Source: Elusimicrobia bacterium GWB2_63_22 (GTDB taxonomy: Bacteria > Elusimicrobiota > Elusimicrobia > Elusimicrobiales > UBA9959). Taken from it: a stretch of DNA of 64,000 bases. The stretch lies in the NCBI GenBank assembly GCA_001799735.1, contig MGUA01000006.1:13733-77732 (forward strand), written 5' to 3'. Shown piece by piece: positions 9,755 to 17,162 of this stretch (position 1 is the first letter of the stretch; every line of letters starts with the position of its first letter). The position numbers and the translations under genes are program-made. Under the pieces are notes generated by a model. It had not been told where the DNA came from and did not search any database. It saw only the letters and a list, made by a program, of their open reading frames with translations.

Positions 9755-10090
9755 ATGGAAAACTGGAAAGACGGAGTGAACTTCGCCATTACCGTTTGCG
9801 ACGCCGACGGGAAGGTCCTGGAGATGAACAACAAGTCGGCTGCCACCTTCGCCAGGAGCGGCGGCAAAGACCTGGTGGGCAACAGCCTGCTGGACTGCCA
9901 CCCCGAGCCGTCGAAGACTAAACTGAAGAAAATGCTGGCCGAGCCGTACACCAACGCCTACACCATAGAAAAGAACGGCGTAAAGAAACTAGTCTACCAG
10001 ACGCCGTGGCTGAAGGACGGCAAACCCGCCGGGATAGTGGAGCTTTCGCTGGAGCTGCCGGCCGAGCTGCCCCACTTTGTGCGCAAGTAG
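9755..10090 (+). CDS. Stand-alone PAS-domain protein
   Basis: AITVCDADGKVLEMN...LVGNSLLDCHP. Confidence 0.8.
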   Translation: MENWKDGVNFAITVCDADGKVLEMNNKSAATFARSGGKDLVGNSLLDCHPEPSKTKLKKMLAEPYTNAYTIEKNGVKKLVYQTPWLKDGKPAGIVELSLELPAELPHFVRK

Positions 10091-10109
10091 AGTCGGACAG
10101 GGAGAAACT

Positions 10110-10841
10110 ATGAAAACCATATTAATTTCCGCGCTGCTGGCGCTAACGGCCCTGCCGGCCGCCGCCGGGCAGATAGCCTGCGTTTACGACCTGGCCGGCC
10201 CGGCCGAGCTGCAGAGGGCAGGCACAGAACAGTGGATCCCGGCCCGCAAAGGGCTGCCGCTGGACCAGGGCGACCGGCTCCGGACCGGGGAGAAGGCCTG
10301 GTGCGAGCTGCTTTTCAAGGACGGCTCTTTCATAAAGATGGAGGCAGGTTCCGAAACCGCGGCCGAAACCCTGCAGACCACTGCGGAAGGCCGCGTTTTT
10401 TCTTTCTCCTTCCTCAAGGGAAAGGCGCTCTGGATGGCCTCGAAATTGCGCAAGGGCGCGGCCTCCAAGTTTTCCGTACGCACCCCCAGCGCGGTCTGCG
10501 CCGTGCGCGGCACGGACTTCTCCATAATAGTCTCCAGCTCCGGGGAGACCTCCGTCGGCCTTTACCAGGGCGAAGTGGCGGTCTCCAACGAGCTCGGTGA
10601 GAAAACGCTGCTGGCGGGGAGCGAGGCTTCCGCCGGGACCGGCGAGATAGCGCTGCAGGCCCGCCTGTCGTCGCTGATGAAAGCCGAGGAACGGCGCTAT
10701 AAGAAGGTAAAGGGCCGCGTGGAGAGCCTGCGCAAACGCCTGGCGGCGCGCGAGGATTTCATAGACGATTACATAGGACGGCAGGAAAAAGCCCTCGCGG
10801 ATTTCGAGAAGCGCAGGCAGGAAAAGCTAAAGAAACGCTGA
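10110..10841 (+). CDS. FecR-domain secreted protein with C-terminal coiled coil
   Basis: SD GGAGA then MKTILIS signal peptide; GDRLRTG...VRTPSAVCAVRGTDF...GEVAV. Confidence 0.85.
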   Translation: MKTILISALLALTALPAAAGQIACVYDLAGPAELQRAGTEQWIPARKGLPLDQGDRLRTGEKAWCELLFKDGSFIKMEAGSETAAETLQTTAEGRVFSFSFLKGKALWMASKLRKGAASKFSVRTPSAVCAVRGTDFSIIVSSSGETSVGLYQGEVAVSNELGEKTLLAGSEASAGTGEIALQARLSSLMKAEERRYKKVKGRVESLRKRLAAREDFIDDYIGRQEKALADFEKRRQEKLKKR

Positions 10842-10865
10842 GAGAACTGAATGACGGGCGGGTTT

Positions 10866-10874
10866 TGTTATAAT
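10866..10874 (+). promoter_or_regulatory. Extended -10 promoter (TGTTATAAT) for the cargo-PorV operon
   Basis: Perfect TGnTATAAT followed by SD GGGGAG. Confidence 0.6.
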
Positions 10875-10901
10875 TTCGGGAACATACGGGGAGAACATTC
10901 T

Positions 10902-12368
10902 ATTAAACGCTTACTAGCAGCAGCTCTACTTTGCGCCGGCCTGGCCCGGGCGGGCTTCTGCGCCCCGGAATTCACCCTCGAGGCCGGGGTAAATCTCTCC
11001 TCGGCCGCGCCCGGCTGTGTTCTTCCGACCCCCGCCGGCTACCGGATGTACTTTTCCACCGGGCCGCACTTTGCGGTATTCAGCGCCACCTCCACCGACG
11101 GCGTGGTCTGGGGCGTAGAGGACGGGGTCAGGCTCTCCACCCCGGCCGGCGGCTTCTACTCCAGCTCCATCACGGCGGTGGGGGCCTACGCCGGGACGGC
11201 GATCTCCAGCGGCCCTTACCGCGCCTATTACGTGGGGCTCAGTTCCACCGGGATCTACTCGGTGCTCAGCGCCACCTCCACCGACGGCCTCGCCTGGGGC
11301 CGCGACCCTGACTTTCTGATGCAGTTCGGCGGCGGCTCGCGGCGCGTCCTCTCGCTGGCCCCTTATTTCCTCGGCTCGGGCAGGGCCGTCCTGTATTATG
11401 TGCGCGACAACGGCGGGGCGCCGGACCCCGCCTCGCACCGGGTCTACGCCGCCACCAGCTCCGACAGCGGCAACAGTTTCTCCGGCGAGACGGAGATCCT
11501 GTCTTCCAGCGGCGTCTTCCACGTGGCGATCTCCAGCCTGACCGACGGCACACTGCGGCTGTTCGCAACGGCCAGCCTGCTGGGCGACACCACGGCGGCG
11601 CGGGTGCTCTCGGCCGACAGTTCCGACGGAGCGGGCCTTGCCTTCGGAGAGCCGGAACTGGCTTTTTCCACCAACCCGCTGACCAACGCAATAGAGGGCC
11701 TGGCGGTAACGCGCTCCACCGACGCGTACAGCTGGCGCCTGCACCTGGGCCTGCGGCTGGCCGCCCCGGCCACCACCTACGCATTCAGCGCGCTTACGCT
11801 ATCCCCGGAGATCTACTCCTTCTCCCCGGCCTCCGTCTACATAAACGACCCGGCCACGGACTTCACGCTCGGCGGAGAGGTCTTCTCTTCCACCGCGCCG
11901 ACCGTAACCATAACCAAGGGGCTCGACACGGTACCGGTAGTCTCGGTCACCCGCGTCTCGGATATGCGGCTCACCGTCCGCGCCAACCCCAACGGGAGGC
12001 CGCTGGGCGCCTATACCGTCACCGTCACCAACCCGGACAACAGGAGCGCCTCGCTGGGCGGAGCCCTGCGGCTGGACTTCAGGCCCGGCCTGGTGGCCAT
12101 GACCGACAACCTTTTCCGCCCTCTCAAGGGCGATACGTCCAAGATCTCGGCGACCATCTTCTTTCCCGGCACGGTAACCATAAAGATCTACGACCTCAAC
12201 GGCGGGCTGGTGCGGAACCTCTATAACGGTCCGGCCGGCACGGGCGCCACGGTCTACACCTGGGACGGCAGGACGGATTCCGGCCAGGTGGCGGCCAGCG
12301 GCCTGTACCTGGTGCGGATAAAAGGCCCCAAGACCGACGTTAAAGAAAAGATAGTGCTTATAAAATGA
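10902..12368 (+). CDS. Secreted Asp-box beta-propeller + IPT/TIG + FlgD-Ig/T9SS-like CTD protein (probable ATT start; ORF track start 10851)
   Basis: Five S/T-x-D-G-x-x-W/F-like repeats, VTVTNPD, IKIYDLNGGLVRNL...WDGRTDSG..ASGLYLVRI...KIVLIK. Confidence 0.75.
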   Translation: MKRLLAAALLCAGLARAGFCAPEFTLEAGVNLSSAAPGCVLPTPAGYRMYFSTGPHFAVFSATSTDGVVWGVEDGVRLSTPAGGFYSSSITAVGAYAGTAISSGPYRAYYVGLSSTGIYSVLSATSTDGLAWGRDPDFLMQFGGGSRRVLSLAPYFLGSGRAVLYYVRDNGGAPDPASHRVYAATSSDSGNSFSGETEILSSSGVFHVAISSLTDGTLRLFATASLLGDTTAARVLSADSSDGAGLAFGEPELAFSTNPLTNAIEGLAVTRSTDAYSWRLHLGLRLAAPATTYAFSALTLSPEIYSFSPASVYINDPATDFTLGGEVFSSTAPTVTITKGLDTVPVVSVTRVSDMRLTVRANPNGRPLGAYTVTVTNPDNRSASLGGALRLDFRPGLVAMTDNLFRPLKGDTSKISATIFFPGTVTIKIYDLNGGLVRNLYNGPAGTGATVYTWDGRTDSGQVAASGLYLVRIKGPKTDVKEKIVLIK

Positions 12369-13300
12369 GAACAGCCGGCGCCATATTCCTGATCTCGCTG
12401 CTGGCCGCCCCGGCGGCCGCCGCCCCGGGCCTCACCGGCGCGCCGGTACTGAACACGCCCATCGGCGCCCGTTCCTCGGGCCTGGGCCGCGCCTTCACGG
12501 CCGTTCCCGGGGACCCGGAAGCGGTGAATTACAATCCCGGCGCGCTGGCTTTCGCGGAAAAGATAAAGCTCTCGGCCACCTACATGCGGGGCTACCTGGA
12601 CGGCAGCTATGGCCTTGTTTCGGTCCCGCTGCCGCTGGGGTCCTTCGTGCTGACGCCGGCCTACATGTTCTTCAACTCCGGGAAGATGGACCTCAATCTT
12701 TCGGACGGCACCAGGGCGACCGTGACGGCGGAGCAGGACAAGGTCGCCTATCTCTCCGCCGGCTGGCGGCCTGTGCCGACGCTAGGCGTGGGCGCCACGG
12801 TAAAGCGCGCCTCGCTGGAACTGGCCGAGGCGGCCACGGCGACGTCGCTGCATTACGACCTCGGCGTGCTCTACGCGGCCAAGAACGGCCTGAGCCTGGG
12901 GGCGGCCTACCTCAATAGCGGCGGGAAAATAAAGTTCGAGGACAGCGGGGACCCGCCGCCGACTACCCGGAGGCTGGGCGCCTCCTATAAATTTGCCGTG
13001 AACCCGCCCAACCTGTTCGACCCGGGCGCCGACATCACCTATTCCGACATGCTGCTTTCAGTGGACTGGAGCCGGACCGACAAGGAAAAAGGCTATTACC
13101 AGGGCGGCGCCGAAGCCAATATGACCCTGGCCGGCGGCGCGGTCTTCACGCTCCGCTTCGGCTACCTGGCGGACCGGGATTCGGCCGGCATGACCTACGG
13201 CCTGGGCATGGCCGGCAGGAATTGGGGACTGGATTGTTCCTTCGTCCCCTCCGACAGCCTGGACACCCTGTCACAGGCCACTTTGAATTATAAATTTTGA
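12365..13300 (+). CDS. PorV/PorQ-family outer-membrane beta-barrel
   Basis: Signal peptide; LNTPIGARSSGLGRAFTA...YNPGALA; terminal YKF; ATGA overlap with the cargo gene. Confidence 0.75.
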   Translation: MRTAGAIFLISLLAAPAAAAPGLTGAPVLNTPIGARSSGLGRAFTAVPGDPEAVNYNPGALAFAEKIKLSATYMRGYLDGSYGLVSVPLPLGSFVLTPAYMFFNSGKMDLNLSDGTRATVTAEQDKVAYLSAGWRPVPTLGVGATVKRASLELAEAATATSLHYDLGVLYAAKNGLSLGAAYLNSGGKIKFEDSGDPPPTTRRLGASYKFAVNPPNLFDPGADITYSDMLLSVDWSRTDKEKGYYQGGAEANMTLAGGAVFTLRFGYLADRDSAGMTYGLGMAGRNWGLDCSFVPSDSLDTLSQATLNYKF

Positions 13301-13309
13301 AGCCCGGCG

Positions 13310-15067
13310 CTAGAGCGCGCCGGAGCGCTGGAAGCGGCGGGCGATGTCCGCCGCCGAGAGGTGAAACAGCGTCGGGCGGCCGTGCGGGCAGTGGTAGCCG
13401 TCGCGCGCTTTTTTCAGGTCTTCCATCAGCCGCAGGGCCTCCTGCGGCTTCACAAAATCATGCGCCTTAATGGACTTCTTGCACGCCATGGTGGCGATGA
13501 TGTTGCGCTTTATATCCTCGGCGGCCTTCTCCGGCTCGCCCAGGACCTCGGAGAGATAACCTAAAAATTCCGAAAAAGCCTGCTGCGTGAAATAGAACAG
13601 GGCGGGGGCCGCGCGCAGCAGCGCCACCGACGGGCCGCGCTGGTCCAGTTCAAAGCCGGCCGTCTTCAGCCAGGCCTGCCATTTAAGCACCGTCTCCATC
13701 TGCGAGCGGGACAGTTCCACTTCCAGCGGCACCAGCAGCGGCTGCACCCTGATGGCTCCCTTGGAAAATTCGTCCAGGTATTTCTCGAACAGTACCCGCT
13801 CCTGCGCGGCGTGCTGGTCCACCACCAGCAGGCCCGATTCGCACTCGAAGAGCAGGTAGCTTTTGGCGAGCTGGCCCAGGTAGCTGAGGTCCTTCCCGCG
13901 CCAGTCGGCGGGCGGGGGGGCGGCCTTAAGCCCGGAGGGCAGGTCGAAAAGACTGCCGGTCTCGGCGGCCGGCATAGGCGGCGCGGCGCCTTCGCGGTAG
14001 GCCGGCACGTCGGGGGGAGTGAATTTGCTCTCGCCCGCGGGGGCGGTCATGGTGACGGCGGCGGTCTGCTTCTTGAGCAGTTCCTCGCGCACGGTGCCGG
14101 AGATGGTCTTGAAGATCTCGTTCTCAGAGGAAAATTTAACGTCGCGCTTCTGCGGGTGGATGTTGGCGTCGAAAGAGCCCGGGTCCAGCTCCGTAAACAG
14201 CGCGCAGGCCGGGTGGCGGCCGACCAGCATATGGTCGTAGCCGCGGTACAGCGCCTGCCGCAGCAGGGCCGAGCCCACCGGGCGGCGGTTGACGAAGAAA
14301 TGCTGGTTGGCCCTGGTGGCGGCCAGCGCGTCGGGGCGCGAGACAAAGCCGTACACGGCCATGCCCTGCGTCTTGCCTTCCACCCGCACCATGCCGCCGT
14401 ACACGCTTTTGCCGAAGATGGCGGCCGCGCGGTTCTTGAGGTTCTCCCACATACCGCCGGGCAGCACGGGCAGGGACAGCGTCTCGGCGCCGTCTATGAC
14501 CAGCCGGAAGGCCGTGCCGAGGTTGGCCAGCGCCGCCTCCTCCACGGTCTTTATCAGGTTGGCGCGCTCGGAGGCGTCGCTCTTCATGAACTTGGCCCGG
14601 GCCGGGGTATTGAAGAACAGGTCGGCCGCCTCTATGGTGGTGCCTTTCACCGGCGCGGCGGGGAGCTCGGCTATCACGCGGCCGCCTTCGCCCTCTATGG
14701 CATAGCCGGAGTCGGCGCCGGCGCGGTGGGAGGTCAGCTTAAGCCGGGACACGGCGAAGATGGAATACAGGGCCTCGCCGCGGAAACCGAAGGTGGCGAG
14801 GGAATAAAGGTCGTCGAAAACGTTAAGCTTGCTGGTGGCGTGGCGGCCCAGGGCCAGGCGCAGGTCCTCGCGGTCCATGCCGCGGCCGTCGTCGTGCACG
14901 CGGATAAGCCCGCGGCCGGCTTTCTTTATCTCTATCTCTATGCGGGAGGCGCCGGAGTCCAGCGAGTTCTCTATGAGCTCTTTAAGCACGGAGGCGGGGC
15001 GCTCTATCACCTCGCCCGCGGCGATCTTGGAGACCACGTCTTCTGGAAGGACTTTAATTTCCGGCAT
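13310..15067 (-). CDS. mutL: DNA mismatch repair endonuclease MutL
   Basis: IAAGEVIERPASVLKELIENSLD, GFRGEAL, DQHAAQER endonuclease motif, CPHGRP. Confidence 0.97.
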   Translation of the reverse strand: MPEIKVLPEDVVSKIAAGEVIERPASVLKELIENSLDSGASRIEIEIKKAGRGLIRVHDDGRGMDREDLRLALGRHATSKLNVFDDLYSLATFGFRGEALYSIFAVSRLKLTSHRAGADSGYAIEGEGGRVIAELPAAPVKGTTIEAADLFFNTPARAKFMKSDASERANLIKTVEEAALANLGTAFRLVIDGAETLSLPVLPGGMWENLKNRAAAIFGKSVYGGMVRVEGKTQGMAVYGFVSRPDALAATRANQHFFVNRRPVGSALLRQALYRGYDHMLVGRHPACALFTELDPGSFDANIHPQKRDVKFSSENEIFKTISGTVREELLKKQTAAVTMTAPAGESKFTPPDVPAYREGAAPPMPAAETGSLFDLPSGLKAAPPPADWRGKDLSYLGQLAKSYLLFECESGLLVVDQHAAQERVLFEKYLDEFSKGAIRVQPLLVPLEVELSRSQMETVLKWQAWLKTAGFELDQRGPSVALLRAAPALFYFTQQAFSEFLGYLSEVLGEPEKAAEDIKRNIIATMACKKSIKAHDFVKPQEALRLMEDLKKARDGYHCPHGRPTLFHLSAADIARRFQRSGAL

Positions 15068-15090
15068 AGGTTAATTCTACCAATTCCGGT

Positions 15091-15831
15091 TCAGGCAAGC
15101 ATCCGGTTGAACAGCATGGTTACGTTCACCAGCGAATGCAGCAGGATGTTTACCGGCAGGCGGCGCTCCCTCTCGTAAACCCAGCAGAAATAGATGCCCA
15201 CCGGCAGCAGGATCGGCGCCGCGGCGCCGTGGCAGACGGCGAAGAACAGCCCGGACCAGAAGGCGCTGAACCAGAAACCGTTGCGCAGCCTGACGGTGGT
15301 GTAGAAGATGCGCCTGAAAAACAGTTCCTCGGCCACCGGCGCCAGCACGCAGGCGCTGAGCACCGACAGCGACAGGCGCAGATAAGAGACGGAGGCGGCC
15401 GCCTGCAGCGCGGCGCCTTCGCTGGAAGCCCGCTCCGTCACCGGCTGCAGGAGTTTTTCCATCCCGCTGTCGCCAAGAAACCACCAGACCGAGAACAGGA
15501 CGCCGGCGATGCAGAGCGCCACCAGCGCGTACCCGCCGAAATATTTAAGCGCCTTAAGCGCGTCCCCGCCGAGGTTGCGCCGCCAGTCGGCCAGGGCGCT
15601 CCGCCAGGAGACGCCCATGCCCGACATCACCAGGGCCGACACGGCGCCGATGGCCAGGAAGACGGGGATCATGCTTTCCAGGGAGGAGAAGCGCAGCCCG
15701 GTGTGCTTCTCCACCAGGACTACCGGCAGCATTACCACGAAATGAAGGAGAACGATAGCCGCGGTCAGGCCCCAGAGGCGCCCGTACCGGTCATAAGTCT
15801 TTATTCCCTCGAAGGGATTTTTTTCTTCCAT
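15091..15831 (-). CDS. CPBP (CAAX/Abi) intramembrane glutamic endopeptidase
   Basis: APVAEELFFR, FFAVCH, LLHSLVN motifs; start chosen at MEEKN. Confidence 0.85.
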   Translation of the reverse strand: MEEKNPFEGIKTYDRYGRLWGLTAAIVLLHFVVMLPVVLVEKHTGLRFSSLESMIPVFLAIGAVSALVMSGMGVSWRSALADWRRNLGGDALKALKYFGGYALVALCIAGVLFSVWWFLGDSGMEKLLQPVTERASSEGAALQAAASVSYLRLSLSVLSACVLAPVAEELFFRRIFYTTVRLRNGFWFSAFWSGLFFAVCHGAAAPILLPVGIYFCWVYERERRLPVNILLHSLVNVTMLFNRMLA

Positions 15832-15833
15832 AC

Positions 15834-15863
15834 AAAAAGAACACGGGCGCAAGGCCCGTGTTC
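15834..15863 (-). terminator. Intrinsic terminator after the repeat-protein gene
   Basis: 10-bp stem GAACACGGGC/GCCCGTGTTC followed by a T-tract on the minus strand. Confidence 0.75.
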
Positions 15864-15880
15864 AGCTAAACCAGCGGCTC

Positions 15881-17053
15881 TCAGTACTGCGGCACGGGCG
15901 GGTAAACCGGCGCGTTCTGGCCGGCCTTGGCCACGTAGTCTATTACGTAGGTGAAGCTGCCCAGTTCCCCGGTGACGGCGGAACCCACCACAGGCAGGCC
16001 GGCGGCGCTGAAGGCCGCGGCTTTTTCGGCCAGAGCTTTCTCGGCCTCGCTGTCGAAGGTGAAGGTCTCGGGGGCCTGGTAGGTCTCAATGGCGGCGGAC
16101 GGGACGGTCCCGCCCGGCTGGTAGATATTGCCGACCAGGAAATCCACGCTGTAGGAGAAATCGCCACCCTCGGCGCGGACCACGGAGGAGAGCGGCGGCA
16201 CACCGGCCCTGGTGAAGCCGGGCAGTGCCGCCTTACCGGCCTTGGCGGCCTCTTTGTCGAAGGAGAAAGTCTCGCGGGCGTCGTAGCGGGCCACGGAATA
16301 CTGCGGGCGCGGCGCGGCTTTGCCGGTCTTCACCACGTACTCTACCTGTACCGCGTAGTCGCGGCCGTTCTCCACGGCTTTGCCGCGCAGGGCCGGGACG
16401 CCGGCCTGCTTGAAGAGGGCGAGATAGGCGGGGATGGCCTTTTCGGCTTCGCTCTCGAAGGTGAACTTGCCGCCGGTATAGGTCAGGAACTTGACGTCAT
16501 ATTCCTGCGCGGGGCGCAGCATGTTCTTTACCAGGTAGTCCACGGCAAAAGCGTTGTCGTTGCCGGCTTCGTAAAGATAAGAGCCGAGCACCGGCAGCTT
16601 GGCGGCGCGGAAATTGGCGGCGGCGGCCTTCATAGCCTCCTCGGCTTCGCGCTCCAGCCAGTAGGCGGCGCCGTTCCTGTAGGTTTCCACCAGCACAGCC
16701 GGCGGCAGAGCGGTGTTGCCCTTAACGGTGGGGAGGTACTCTATCACGAAGGAGTAATCGTTGCCGAGCTCCACCACGCGGCCGCCCAGGGTGGTCACGC
16801 CGGCGGCCTTCAGGGCTCTCAGCCGCGCGTCCAGGGCGGGTTTAACCTCGCTCTCGAAGGTAAATTCCTCGTCGGTGGTATAGCTGGCTATCGTCACGCC
16901 GGGAGGCGTCACCGGCGCGGGGCCGTGCGGCATGATCACCGGGGCCTGGGGCACGTCCCCCATGTCGGAGGTATCCAGCACGAAACCGCCGGAGAAAGCC
17001 GGGACAGAAAGAATGAAGAAAGAGATGATAGAAACGGCGCAGCTTTTAAGCAT
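15881..17053 (-). CDS. Secreted protein with five tandem ~65-aa repeats (SPOR-like pattern)
   Basis: Signal peptide; repeats Y..(E/K)FTFESEA..A......F..AG.P........G.D...(D/E)Y; SD GGAGG. Confidence 0.75.
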   Translation of the reverse strand: MLKSCAVSIISFFILSVPAFSGGFVLDTSDMGDVPQAPVIMPHGPAPVTPPGVTIASYTTDEEFTFESEVKPALDARLRALKAAGVTTLGGRVVELGNDYSFVIEYLPTVKGNTALPPAVLVETYRNGAAYWLEREAEEAMKAAAANFRAAKLPVLGSYLYEAGNDNAFAVDYLVKNMLRPAQEYDVKFLTYTGGKFTFESEAEKAIPAYLALFKQAGVPALRGKAVENGRDYAVQVEYVVKTGKAAPRPQYSVARYDARETFSFDKEAAKAGKAALPGFTRAGVPPLSSVVRAEGGDFSYSVDFLVGNIYQPGGTVPSAAIETYQAPETFTFDSEAEKALAEKAAAFSAAGLPVVGSAVTGELGSFTYVIDYVAKAGQNAPVYPPVPQY

Positions 17054-17162
17054 TAAGCCTCCCTGTACCCTCTAATTATAATAGTAATGCGCCGTCCGCG
17101 TATGGGCCATTGGACCATATTTTTTATGGGTCTTAAGGACGGCTTGAGAACCGGCGGGAGCG

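Noticed and set aside
15091..15831. CPBP 'Abi' protein as a phage-defence system
   Set aside because: The family name is historical; motifs indicate an intramembrane protease and there is no defence-island context
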